A stretch of 64,000 nucleotides of DNA from NCBI RefSeq assembly GCF_006345805.1, contig NC_043014.1, positions 17,050,001 to 17,114,000 of the forward strand, read 5' to 3'. This DNA comes from Octopus sinensis. Taxonomy: Eukaryota. Shown piece by piece: positions 1 to 12,919 of this stretch. Below the pieces are notes generated by a model. That model saw nothing but the letters and a program-made list of their open reading frames with translations, ran no database searches and was not told where the DNA came from. Numbering within the stretch: the first letter of the stretch is position 1; the number at the start of each line of letters is the position of its first letter. A program made the translations under genes and the position numbers.

Positions 1-560
1 CTCTACCATGCCACACTAGATCTGATTGGGACTTTGCACTATCCACACATTTGGTCTGTGGCATTTAGTAAGTTGACCCATAGGAACTTGTCTCCTGTTC
101 CATGCCTATAGCTCTTCCTCATTAAATGTCTCAATTAGGGCGTCTCTAAATCACTGACTATTCAAAGGATTCTAATACTTCCAAATCCTTCGTTTCCAGA
201 CTGGTCTGCTTCTTGGAATCCTCCTAACCTGAAGTCATGACTAACCAATGTGGAGGGGTACATTCTTCACCAGAGAAGATCTTTGCATTTATAAGCAACC
301 ATGTATCTCACTTTCTGGTGAGAATGCAGTCAATCTGACTAGTGTTGGTCACTGGATTTGTAGGTTATCAGATTACTGGCTGGTTTCTTGAAGTTGGTGT
401 TGCAGATCATGTGGTTATTCACATCACAGAACTCCTGTAGCCCTGTTCCTTCCTTGTTTCAGGAAAAATTCCATAGCCCCTATGTATAATGTTGAAGACA
501 TGCAGTTGCTGGCCAACATGTTCACTGAAATCACAGGCCACAAAGATATGGTCTGCCATT
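1..560 (-). mobile_element. Degenerate RTE-type LINE fragment (AP-endonuclease region)
   Basis: Minus-strand translation gives ICNTNFKKPASNLITY, SQID.ILTR and GEEC..H.LV..DF, typical of RTE endonuclease ends; contains frameshifts. Confidence 0.7.
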
Positions 561-2928
561 TGTGGATTTTTTTTTAATGCTGACATACAGTTCTGGCATG
601 GTCGCTGCCAGTACCGCCTGACTGTCTTCTGTGCTGGCAGCACGTAAAAAGCACCATTCGAGTGTGGTCATTGCCAGTGCTGCCTGACCTACCTTTCAAT
701 GTGCCTACATTGATAGTGTCAACTCTGAGGAAATGAAAGGGGAGGCAGGAGAGAACATGGAGAGGGTGGGATTCAGCGTCTGAAAAAACAGGTTCTAATG
801 AGCATTGGCCAATAGACATAAAAATTGTCCTTTAATCTGCCATCATTTGTGTTATACTTGCTCCTGCCACTGAAAGTGGGTGCTATATAAGCATTGATAA
901 ATAAAAGTTAATTCATTACAGATAGATAAAATAGCTAACTGCTTAATTAATTAACTAAATTATAACTACTGCACAATCATGTTTTGGTACAAAGTAACAA
1001 GCTACCACCAGTGGCATAAATGTTGAGCATTACACAAGGTGTTACAAATTAAATACTTAGCAATGGACTAAAATGAAATTATTTGCAAGAACTCCCCAAA
1101 CAAATGTATGGCCTTATGCTAATGTAAATAAATACATTTATGAATTCCAATCTATTTTTTATTTCTTGGAGCTGTTAATGCCCTTTACAATTTTCACTCA
1201 TATTTGAAATAGCTAATAAATGTTGAGTAGATAAGGTGTTAGACTACATTCTCATAGATTAAGAGTTCAAATCGGCTAGTATTTTGTTCTTGAGATGAAA
1301 ATTTTAATGTATGATGGAAATAGGTGGTAGATCACATAAGAATCTTTAATATTGTCCTCTCCAGGAGGAAATTCAAGTTACATCTACTTAATGTTATGAA
1401 ACTGGAACAAGCCTGATATTTACAAACCTAACAAATAATTATTGAATTAAAATATATACATGTGTTAACTGCACAAAATTATTACCATAAATGAATTATT
1501 CAAAAATTATGTGAAAATTGTTTTAACATTGAATATCGAGAAAATCAACCAGAAGCATGATTAAGAGATTTTAGATTTTATTGATTAATGAACAAAACTA
1601 ATGACATTTCTTATTTTTAACAAATTATTGTAATATGGCTTAATCTGAGAATTTGGAGGTAGCTTCCATAACATTTTCAATACTTCACAAAATATGAGAA
1701 AGTGAAGATATCTGATATTAATATGATTAATGTATATATATATATATATATATTTAATTTATATATATGTATATCTCTCTCTATATAAACGGCAGTTTGT
1801 CTGTGTGTGTTTCTGTGTGTCTGTTTGCTTGTACCCTCACTCTGACCACGGCTTTCAACCGATTCTGATGAAACTTGACACACACATAGCCCAATGTCAT
1901 AATTCAAAACTAACGCAGCGAAAAGTTTGAAAAGTTCCCCCAGTTCTGAAAAAAATTGATAAATTCGACATGGGGTCGAGAATCAGAAACACAAACCACA
2001 GACTGTCTAGGGGACGCAACTCGAGAATCTAAGCTTTTTATATGCAACGCATTATCTATGGTAGTTTTCGCAACTTGCAATCGATTTTCACAAAACTCAT
2101 GGGGACGCTTAATGTTACCCTAAGAAACTCAATTCTGACGTTAGTTTTCCATGCAATACCTTACCATCAGAAACAATCGATAAAATCATGCCATTTAGGG
2201 AAATCGCGTTCAAATTCAAGATGACATATTTTCGACAATATCTTTCACAAATTGGCAGGAATTTTTTTTTTTTTATTCACAACGAGCATCATGTCTGCTC
2301 CAAGGAGCTATATAGCCCTTTTTATTCCAATAGGATACATTATTGGAAAAAATCGGTTAATTAAATCATATGTGGCACACATAGCAAACCAATTTGTGTA
2401 TTAAACACAAACCAGACTGTCTAGGGGACGCAACTCGACCTTTTTAGCTATCGATAATTCGATCCAACCAATTCCTACCAGGAAGAAATTACATTCGAGA
2501 CTTTATCCCCAACACCGCCACTTCTGCTAATAGCTGCTGCAGCCGCAAGTTATTCGAATACTTTTTTTGTTTACACTTTCTTTATAACTACCACCCCAAA
2601 CGTTTTACCTTAAATTTTTGACGTACCCTAACGGTCCTCGGACGCTACTTGCAAACTCTTGGTTTATTATAAACCACTTTTGTCGTGTGCATCAAAAAAC
2701 CTTTTCCTTTCGTTTGTTCAGTTTAGTCACTTTTGACTTTTTCGTTGTTGTCACTCACATTGCTGCCCGCTTTTTGCCGTTTTTGTACATTTTTATACAT
2801 TTTGGGATACTTACCCCACGAGCTCCTTTTTATTACACCTTTACCAAACACATTGCTATCCACCAAAATACTTACCCCACGTGTTCCTTTTTATTACACC
2901 TTTGCCAAACACATTGCTATCCACCAAA

Positions 2929-5900
2929 ATGCCACCCAAGAAGAGAAGGACCCTCCTCAGCCCTCGGACGGCCAGGGCATCGGCTGCTAGGGCTAGAAGG
3001 GCACGCGAGACCAACGAGAAAACCGCCTTGCGCCTCTCGCAAACAGCTTCCCGTTCTGCCGCTGCTCAGGCATCTGAAACTACTAGCGACCGTTCTACCC
3101 GACTTGCAAGGGTCGCAGCGTACAGATCTTCCCTCCGCTCGAGGTTGACGAAAGAGCAACAGTCCGGCCAAAACATGCGGGCTTCTACCTGTGCTTCCAT
3201 CCGCAGAGCTCGCGAGAACCCCGAACAAAGAGCCATTCGGAATGCGGCTAACGCCACTAGCACCGCCAGGACACGATCTGTCGAAACCTCACAGCAGAGG
3301 AGAACTCGCCAAGATGCTGACGCCGCAAACAAAGCCATGGCCCAATCTGCCGAAACACCTCAACAGAGGAGAGCTCGCCAAGCTGCTAACGCCGCAAACA
3401 CAGCCATGGCTCGATCTGCCGAAACTCCACACCAACGAACTATTCGGACATCCAGAAATGCCATTAACACTGCTTTTGCTAGGGCTTCAGAGGGTGCTGA
3501 GGCGAGAGCTGAAAGGCTTTCAAGGGATGCCACTGATACCGCTGTCGCACGTGCATCTGAATCTGCTGAGGCACGATGCACTCGACTTGAGAGTATCAAC
3601 AAACGTCGGGATATCATTCGTGGTGTACGTACCCCTGCCCCCGCTTTCTAGTTGTCACTAGCATTCAACTACGACGCCACAATTAACTTCTCCTTGCGTG
3701 ACGACATCAAGATAGGGTCAATGACAATTGTATGCCAGTTTTGTAAAGCCAAGAAATGGCACGGAGAGCCACCTAGTTTGTGCTGCTCTGGTGGCAAAGT
3801 GGACCTGCCACCCCTACGGGAACCACCTCAACCACTGAAGGATCTCGCGGCGGGTTTAACCCCCGAATCGTCACAATTCCTTGAAATAATTCGAAAGTAC
3901 AACTGCTCATTCCAAATGACCTCTTTCGGGGCCAAAATTCCTCTTAGAGAAGGCTGGATGCCTACTTTCAAAGTGCAGGGACAGGTCTACCATCTTATTG
4001 GGTTACTTCTGCCAGACAAGATTCAGCAGTCTTCTTTCCTCCAAATCTACTTCATTGCCGACTACAACCACCAGGTTGATGCACGCCTTGGAATAATACC
4101 GGGTACAAGCTATGTTCCCCGCAAAGACATTCTTCTCCGTCTCCAAACCATGCTTCATGATATCAACAGCTACGTCTGCAGCTTCAGATATGCCTTGGAC
4201 AGTGCTCCATCTCCAAACTTCACCGTTGTCATTGATGCTGATAAACGACCCCACGGGGAGCACGAACGCCGTTTCAACGCACCTGCGTGCAACGAAATTG
4301 CCGCAGTCATACACGGAGAGCAACACAACAGCCGTGACATAATCATCTCCTCCCGTGGTAACAGCCTACACAGGATCAGCGAGACTCACAGATCTTATGA
4401 CGCGCTTCAGTATCCATTGCTTTTCCCTTATGGGGAAGACGGCTACCACTTCGTAATTCCTTTACGGCAGCCCTCCAATCAAACTACTGCGGCATCAAAG
4501 ACGGTTTCCTGCAGGGCGTTCTACTCATATCGGTTCATGGTCAGGGAGGGTGAGTTCAGCTTATTGCCCCGTTGTCGTCAGCTATTCAACCAGTTCGCCG
4601 TCGACATGGCCGCCAAAATGGAATCGGAAAGGCTGCTATACATTAAACTTAATCAGACCAAACTTCGCTCCGACTCCTACATTCATCTCCGTGACGGCTT
4701 GCAACAAGAAAATGACCCTCGCAACATCGGCAAGCCATGCATTCTACCCTCCACCTTCACGGGAGGACCGCGATATATGCGTGAAAGGACCCAAGACGCC
4801 TTGACCTACGTGCGCATTTACGGCCGGCCGGACCTCTTTATCACCTACACGTGCAATCCCAGCTGCGACGAAATCACTCGCGAACTCCCGGGTCAATCTC
4901 ACACCCATCGACAAGACATCGTTGCTAGGGCTTTCCGTCTGAATTTGGGAAAAATGAAGGATTTGATAGTTAAGGGTCAGATTTTCGGGCATGTCAGGTG
5001 TCACATGTTTTCGGTCGAGTGGCAAAAGAGGGGCTTGCCACATGCTCACGTCTTAATTTGGCTAACTCATAAAATCGAGACTTATGACATTGACAAATTC
5101 ATTTCCGCCGAGATTCCTGACCCCGATGAGGACCCCGAACTCTACGAAATTGTCCGCACTACCATGGTACACGGGCCCTGTTGACCAAATTACGCCAACA
5201 CACCATGCTGCAAAAACGGATTAGCCTGCTCAAAGGGATTCCCTAAACGGTTCACTTTGGAGACTCAAACAGGCGGCGATGGATATCCGCTGTACAAACG
5301 AAGGAGTCCAGCCAATGGAGGCCGCACGATTACGGTTGGGCGACATCAAGTGGACAACAGCTACATTGTCCCCTACTGTCCTCTCCTGTCGAAGATATTC
5401 AAAGCCCACGTCAACGTTGAGTTCTGCAGCTCCATCAGGTCAATACAATATGTCTGCAAATATATCTACAAAGGCAGCGATGCTGCCATGTTCAGCATCC
5501 AGAGGACCACCAGTCGCGACGAAGTGTCCAACTACTTGGCTGGCCGGTACCTCAGCAGCAACGAAGCGTTTTGGCGCATTTACGGCTTCCCGCTCCATCA
5601 GAGACACCCGGCTGTGGTGCAGCTTGCTGTACACTTGGAAAATGGACAGCGGATTTACTTCACAGAGCAAAGTGCTGTGCAGATAGCCACCAGCCCTAAA
5701 GACACAACGTTGACTGGTTTCTTCAAATTATGGCAACGTGATGACTTCGCTCGAACGCTTTTGTACCCACAGGTCCCATCGTACTTCGTGCGGTCTAAAA
5801 ACACCTGGGTTCGACGGAAATCCGGCAAAAACGTCGAAGGCTTCCCAGGCGTCAAGTTTGACTCCTGCCTGGGTCGAGTTTACAACATCCCGCCAAACCA

Positions 5901-7796
5901 GCAAGAATGCTTCTACCTCCGTCTCCTTCTTCATGAGGTCACTGGTCCAACAGGTTTCGGCAATATACGTACCGTCAATGGGGTTCTGTGCGACACCTTC
6001 AGGGAAGCATGTATGAGACTTGGCCTTCTAGAGGATGACTCCCAGTGGGACGCCACGATGGCAGAGGGCGCTTTACTGCAAACGCCTTCGGCCCTATGAC
6101 ATCTTTTCGCAATCCTTCTTCAAAAATGTCAGCTTAGTGACCCACTAAGTCTCTGGATGAAATACAGGGATGACATGTCGCACGACTTCTTACGTACGGC
6201 TCAGCAACACTGCCCTTCCGCCGAGATCACGTTCACCAACTTCATTTACAATTTTGCGCTCATTCAACTCGAAGACGCTGTCATCGATATGGGTGGGTCT
6301 GCTTTAACAGAGTACGGCCTTCCACCACCCACACGTGAACACGCCAATGTTATGTCTGCTGAATTGTTACGCGAATCTTCCTACTGCATTGAGGAACTGC
6401 ACCAGTACGTCCAAGATAATGAACCACGGCTGCTTCCAGACCAGCGCATAGCCTACAACACCATCGTAGACTCTGTCAGACAGCAACGTGGGGGATCTTC
6501 TTCCTTGATGCACCCGGCGGCACTGGCAAAACCTTCGTCACTAAACTAATTCTGGCGGAGATCAGACGCAACACGGACATTGCCCTGGCTGTAGCTTCCT
6601 CTGGTATCGCGGCCACATTGCTTCCGGGTGGCAGAACCGCCCACTCTGCCTTCAGACTCCCGCTCGATCTGGCAAAGTCCGAGTCACCTATCTGCAACAT
6701 CGCCAAGAACTCAGAACAGGCCGACATTCTGCGCAGATGCAAACTCATCATATGGGACGAGTGCACTATGGCACACAAAGGCGCCCTTGAGGCACTGGAC
6801 AGGTCTCTGCAAGACATCAGAGACTCTACGGCCCCCATGGGAGGATTAACTTTACTTCTTTCAGGAGACTTCAGGCAGACTCTACCTGTTATTCCAAAAG
6901 GAACCCGTGCCGATGCCGTGCGCGCGTGCCTTAAGTCGTCGGCTCTTTGGGCACATGTGCGGCCCTTGCACCTCCAAACTAACATGCGCGTGCAGTTGAT
7001 TGGTGACAGCGGATCCGCTGCATTCTCCAGGGACCTCTTATCGCTCGGTGAAAATAGGATGCTGGCTGATGCGGATGGCTGCATTCAATTGGACTCACTT
7101 TGCACCACTGTCGACACCCCTGCTAGCCTCCGGGACGCTGTCTTCCACAACCTACAAAACAATTTATGCGACCTAAAATGGCTGGCAGGCAGAGCTATTC
7201 TCGCACCCAAAAATACAACCGTCAACTCCATCAATATCCAGCTACTTGAAGCTATTCCTGGTGATGTCCACGTCTACAAATCTATAGATAGGACAGCAGA
7301 CCCCGCCCAGCTTGCCGATTATCCTGTTGAATTCCTGAATTCACTTGAACCGGCAGGCCTGCCGCCACACATCCTGAAGTTAAAAGTCGGTGCGCCCATT
7401 ATGCTCATCAGGAATTTGGTTCCACCTAAACAGTGCAACGGCACACGTTTGGTTGTGAAACATTTGGCACCACATTTAATAACGGCCACAATACTTACCG
7501 GTTGTGGGAAGGTAGAGGACGTCTTCATTCCACGGATGCACCTTCAACCGTCGGGCGCTGACCTACCAATCCACTTCAGGCGTTCTCAGTTTCCTGTTAA
7601 ACTCTGCTTCGCAATGTCCATCAATAAATCCCAAGGCCAAACGCTACAAGTCGCTGGGTTACATTTGGACGATCAGTGCTTCGCCCACGGTCAACTCTAC
7701 GTGGGCTGTTCACGCGTTGGGAGGCGCAATGATGTTTTCATGTTTTCGCCCAAACGGACAGCTAGGAACATCGTATATACAGAAGTATTCGAGTGA
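2929..7796 (+). pseudogene. Helitron RepHel (HUH Rep endonuclease + PIF1-family helicase), disrupted
   Basis: Motifs DLFITYTCNP, VEWQKRGLPHAH, YVCKYIYKG, DAPGGTGKT, IIWDE, SGDFRQ, FAMSINKSQGQT, HGQLYVGCSRV; in-frame stops at 3649-3651, 5182-5184 and 6097-6099; frameshift in a G-run near 6490. Confidence 0.95.
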
Positions 7797-7890
7797 AGAC
7801 AAGACATTGCAACGTCCACATGCACCTTCGTTCCCTGGAGGGAAAGAGCTACATTGGGATTAGTCGTTGCCTACTAGGGGCTCTTACATA

Positions 7891-7918
7891 CCCGGGCAAC
7901 GCCGGGCTATGCTGCTAG
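7891..7918 (+). terminator. Helitron 3' subterminal hairpin + CTAG (rolling-circle termination signal)
   Basis: CCCGG-GCAACG-CCGGG stem, 8 nt spacer, CTAG. Confidence 0.9.
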
Positions 7919-8842
7919 TATATATATACACATATATTAAATTAGAGATAAAACCACTATTAGGCAAATCTTACAATGAAAAACTTAAGCCAATACATAA
8001 GATTAATTAATTTATATTATTTTAATATATATCAAACTTATTAAAAAAGATAATTAATATAACACATATATATATTTAATTTTTTTACATAAGAAAAAAC
8101 AACTTTCAGGAACATTAGTGGTTTATTGGGGTGGAAGGTTGTGAATTTTTCCCATATTGAAGTATGCTAAGCTGAAAATTATTTTATATTTCATGGTCGT
8201 CAGCCAGGGTTGCCAAACTGTGTAAATAAAAATACAAGAGTTAAGGAATGGAGTAGATAAAATCCAGGCTACATATGTTTCGTAGCAAGTAGAACCTTGA
8301 AAGTGGCAAAAATCCAAGCAAGGTGTATACCACAAGTTACTCTTCAGGCCAAAGATATCTTGATTAAATGAAGTTTACTTTGTCGTTAGGAGGCCCATGT
8401 TAACACATAATATAATATATTACACACACTCACACACATATATATACAGACAGATAATATAAATATTTCAAAAGTAACTTTTATATAAATTGATGTTTAA
8501 TTTAAATCACTAGCATTGAGACCATTGAAGAGAATGTATAATTTTTGCAAACTTATTAATGCCTATGCTTAGCAAAATCCATCACTGTGAATGAAGCCTT
8601 TCAAGAAAGCTACTCAAGCATTCAGTAGACCTATATTTTGTCTACTAAATAAAGTGAATAACCTCTCAATTTATTTGCTATATCATCATAGAGAGATTAG
8701 TGACACAAATATTAAAACAAGCAATTTTTTTTTAATGCTTAATCCTTTTAGATTTTACACTTACAAAAGCTTAAATCAACTGTGGTTGATAACGCTGTGA
8801 AACAAGATTTCAATTTTTTTTTGTTTTTAGTCAGTAAGTCTA

Positions 8843-9078
8843 GGAGCATGAGTGGCTGTGTGGTAAGTAGCTTGCTTACTAACCACATGGTTCCGGGTTC
8901 AGTCCCACTGCGTGGCACCTTGGGCAAGTGTCTTCTACTATAGCCTCGAGCCGACCAAAGCCTTGTGAGTGGATTTGGTAGACAGAAACTGAAAGAAGCC
9001 CTGGGGTCAATTTGCTCGACTAAAGGCGGTGCTCCAGCATGGCCACAGTCAAATGACTGAAACAAGTAAAAGAGTAAG
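8843..9078 (+). mobile_element. tRNA-derived SINE (family A: GTGGCTGTGTGGTAAG...GGTTCAGTCCC)
   Basis: A/B-box-like head; near-identical copies at 17052, 30057, 52184 and 57690. Confidence 0.8.
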
Positions 9079-9418
9079 TATTATTTCCAATTTGTGTCTA
9101 TCTAGAAATCAAAGGAAATGATTACTACTCCCTTCAATCTTAGCTTTTGTAACCTGGACATCAATGTTTTCCATTACAATTCAGACAGATTCAGCACTGA
9201 GTTGCTGAAGCAGAAATATCATTATAGCAAATATTCTGCTTAAAACCACAGGTTTGCTTGTCAGTTGCTTGACCGTAACCACCTGAACATATCTCTTAGT
9301 GGCTACCAATCTCTGATCAAGAGCAAGAGCAAGAGTAATGGAGGAGCATTGGAATCATGTGCTGAGAGGTATTCTTTGGGGTTTGAATAAATGTAAGAAA
9401 AGCAAAGTTTGAAGGAAA

Positions 9419-9797
9419 TCTCTCTATATATAAACGACCAAATGTCTGTGTGTGTGTGTGTGCGTGTGCATGTCCTTTATACAAATCCACAATTTTTCAG
9501 TTAGAGGGCTCGCACTTTCTATTGTCATTCATAACCGTCCAAGGGTGGTCGTGCACATCTTTACATTTCCACAGTCACCATTAAGCCATTAAAAAAATCA
9601 ATAGAAGTGACTTTTTTGTGAATTTTCTATCCAAAACCCAATCAAAATGCCTGAAACTTGATATGCCAATTGAATGCTAGCTAGCTGTATGTGATTGGTC
9701 AGAGATTTGGACAGTACTCGCATGTATGTGTGCACGTATGCAGCTGTATATGCATGCACTAGCACTATGACCCGGCATTGCCAGGTCATAGTGCTAG
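9419..9797 (+). mobile_element. Non-autonomous Helitron (about 380 bp)
   Basis: A|TCTCTCTATATATAAAC start; CCCGGCATTGCCAGG hairpin + CTAG|T end; second copy inverted at 53425-53787. Confidence 0.88.
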
Positions 9798-9940
9798 TAT
9801 TAGCCATTTTTCATACTTTCTAGGAGTAAGCAAATAGGAAATAACAGTTGCTACCCAAGGACAAAATTCATGTTACACATTGTAATATATGCACTCACAA
9901 AAGAAAATTGTTCTTTTTAACTTGGCTCAAGGATAAAGTA

Positions 9941-10240
9941 TCTCTTATTATAAAAGGCAGATTTTATCTGCCTCCCTTTGTCAGTTATAGAAATCTACAA
10001 TATAGGATTTCTTCAATTACAATTTACCTAGCATTTTTAAGAGTAGAATGCATCGGGTCATGCCAGGTTCAGTTTTTAAAATTTAAACTCCAATTAAGCA
10101 AAATTTATAGAAAACTCACATTCTGGTGTGTATGTCAAATGCTTTTCTTAATGTGGTTTACACCACACGCACACGCACACACACACAGTGTGCAACGAAT
10201 AGAATGAAAGTAATTCACTGTGTGTGTGTTGACGGGTAGA
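9941..10240 (+). mobile_element. Helitron-type 5' module (TCTCTTATTATAAAAGGCAG family), no own 3' end seen
   Basis: High identity to 12283-12600 and to the minus-strand copy ending at 56326. Confidence 0.7.
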
Positions 10241-10439
10241 CAATAGAATGCGATGTCGATGTCGATGGCGATGTAATATTTGTTTCTGTCTATCACGCTG
10301 ATAGATACATGAGTAAAATGTTTGGCAAGCTAAGAGATAAGAGTGAGTGAAAATGTTCTTGGAAGAGAGTAAATAGCGAGAGTGATTTGAGGAAGACTTT
10401 ACATTAAATAACCGTAGTGGCTTGTATATATATATACAT

Positions 10440-10705
10440 ACATAAGACAGTAAGATGTGATTTGAGGGAGATTTGGCTGCTATTTCTACCATGTCTAGCT
10501 GCCATGTAGGGGTCTCCCTCATAGGCTCATACATACATATATACATAAATAAGACAGTAAGGTGTGATTTGGGGGAAATTTGGCTGCTATTTCTACCAGG
10601 TCTAGCTACCATGTAGAGGTCCCCCTCATTGGCTCATATATATATACATACATAAGACAGTAAGGTGTGATTTGAGGGAGATTTGGCTGCTGTTTCTACC
10701 AGGTC
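10440..10705. repeat. About 105-bp tandem repeat, about 2.5 copies
   Basis: TAAGACAGTAAGGTGTGATTTGAGGGAGATTTGGCTGCTATTTCTACC reiterated three times. Confidence 0.8.
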
Positions 10706-11024
10706 TGTTAGGCCTTCTCATGTAAACTCAAGCTTTCTCATGCCTTGAACATAAGCCCAAAGCAGAGAATGTATTCTTTTACTCTTCTGCTTTTTCCAGC
10801 CATTGGTCTGTGGCCATGCTGGGGCAATGCCTTGAAGAATTGTAGTTTAATGAATCAACTCCAGTTTTATTTTTGTAAGCATTGTACTTATTCTATCTGT
10901 TTCCTTTGTCAAACCACTAGGTGACAGGGATATAAACAAACCAACATTCGTTGTCAAGCAGTGGTGGAGGACAATCACAAGCACAGACACGCACACACAC
11001 ACATACATGCATACACATATACAC

Positions 11025-11077
<53 letters not shown>

Positions 11078-11078
<1 letters not shown>

Positions 11079-11400
11079 TGCAGCGTGGAAGGTGTTTGTA
11101 AGCCATTTAAGAAACACAAAAACCGTTAGATTCACTTCAAAATTTAAATTTAATTTGCCAAAATATTTTCCTCGCTTTGAGACCGCGACCTGTTCACTGA
11201 CAAAAATATCGTGCTAACAGGTCGCGGTCTCAAAGCGACGAAAATATTTTGACAAATTAAATTTAAATGTTGAAGTGAATCTAACGGTTTTTGTGTGTTT
11301 CTTAAATGGCTTATAAACACCTTCAACGCTGCAACTGTTTTCGTTCCAGCACACGATCTCAGATCAAGTCACTTGCTATGCAAGTACATCTCTGTAACTA
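11078..11400. mobile_element. Long palindrome + unique tail in (TA)n; probable Penelope-like element terminal repeat with inverted partial copy
   Basis: About 117-bp arms (11078-11194 and 11216-11334); hammerhead-like stem arrangement. Confidence 0.6.
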
Positions 11401-11408
11401 TATATATA

Positions 11409-11449
<41 letters not shown>

Positions 11450-11549
11450 TATATAGTTACAGAGATATATATATATATATATGTATATTGGTAAAAACAG
11501 TAAGATAACAAAAAAGAAAGAGACCTCAATATTATGTAAATAGAGGAAA

Positions 11550-11938
11550 TCTTATATATAAAAGTGAGGTTGTGTCTGTCTCCTACGATTTAGATTCCTA
11601 ACTACTCCCACATTTTGCGGTGCAGTTTAACCAAAAGCGGGTATCTTATAGTCGTGATTCATATCGAGACCGTCTGGGTATTAGCGCGTCTACGATGAGT
11701 CTACGATTTAAAAAAAATTTACCATCAATTTTTCCCATTTTTAATCCATTTTTGACATATATAAGGGAAGTAACTCTCTAAAATTTATTATTAAATCTCA
11801 GAACGTAAAAAGCTACAGTAACACCCCTCCCCCTTTGTGGTTAGCCATATTGAGATGGCTATTATACTTTACATCTCTAAAAATGCTTATATAATTATTT
11901 CCCTTACAAACCCGAGCAACGCCGGGCGATACTGCTAG
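11550..11938 (+). mobile_element. Non-autonomous Helitron (about 390 bp)
   Basis: A|TCTTATATATAAAAG start; CCCGAGCAACGCCGGG hairpin + CTAG|T; 5' part homologous to 54430-54629 (-). Confidence 0.88.
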
Positions 11939-12282
11939 TGGTCAATAAAATAAGTACCAGTTGAGCACTGGGGTTGATGTAATTGACTTAGCCAATGTCC
12001 TGAAATTGCTGGCTTTGTGCCAAAATTTGAAACCAAAATTCCCTGATGTTTATGGTCAATAAAATAAGTACCAGTTGAGCACTGGGGTTGATGTAATTGA
12101 CTTAGACACTCTCCTGAAATTGCTGGCCTTGTGCCAAAATTTGAAACCAAAATTCCAGTGATGTTTATGGTCAATAAAATAAGTACCAGTTGAGCACTGG
12201 GGTTGATGTAATTGACTTAGACAATGTCCTGAAATTGCTGGCCTTGTGCCAAAATTTGAAACCAAAATTCCAGTGATGTTTA
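11939..12282 (+). repeat. 114-115-bp tandem repeat x3 derived from a SINE 3' half
   Basis: Units start at 11939, 12053 and 12168; sequence matches the body of the SINE at 43962. Confidence 0.85.
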
Positions 12283-12868
12283 TCTCTTATTATAAAAGGC
12301 AGATTTTATCTGCCTCCCTTTGTCTCTTATAGAAATCTACAATATAGGATTTCTTCAATTACAATTTACCTAGCATTTTTAAGAGTAGAATAAATCGGGT
12401 CGTGCCAGGTCCAGTTTTTAAAATTTCAACCCCAATTAAGCAAAATTTAGAGAAAACTCACATTGTGGTGTGTAAGTCAAGTGCTTTTCTTAGTGTGGGC
12501 TACAGCACACGCACACACACAATAACGGAGCGATGTGCTTCACTCACGCTATCACCCTAATTTCTACTCCTTTCTCTTTGCAAGTGTGCAACGATTAAAG
12601 TGAAACTATTTCTATAAAACGAGAGAAGTGTACCTTAAACCACTACTCAAAAAAAAAAAAAACAGCAAACAGAAACAAATAAATACATAACGATTTACTC
12701 CTCACACAATTTCTTCAATTACAGTTTACCTATGATTTTTACAAGTACTTCCATTCGGTCATGCCATACAAAATTTCTTTCAATTTCACCCCCAATTAAG
12801 ACAAAATTCGAGAAAACACAATATTTTAACATTTCACTCCGAAAGCATTGATGTACATGTGTGCGTGC

Positions 12869-12919
<51 letters not shown>

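Larger units (their letters stand above)
1774..7918 (+). mobile_element. Full-length Helitron (autonomous-type, inactivated)
   Basis: 5' A|TC at 1774, 3' hairpin CCCGGGCAACGCCGGG (7891-7906) then CTAG|T at 7915-7918; A^T insertion in (TA)n with no TSD; internal RepHel coding region. Confidence 0.95.

Noticed and set aside
3649-6099. Programmed readthrough or RNA-editing rescue of the RepHel stops
   Set aside because: Single-base decay explains them (for example GGA>TGA in HGPCG, CGA>TGA), and there is also a frameshift
1360-8360. Faint GHKL/MORC-like peptides at about 1365-1440 (GTSLIFTNL) and 8110-8160 (TLVVYWGGRL)
   Set aside because: Too short and interrupted by stops; cannot be supported without a search
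8843-8915. tRNA genes at SINE heads
   Set aside because: Only A/B-box-like remnants continuing into SINE bodies; no full cloverleaf
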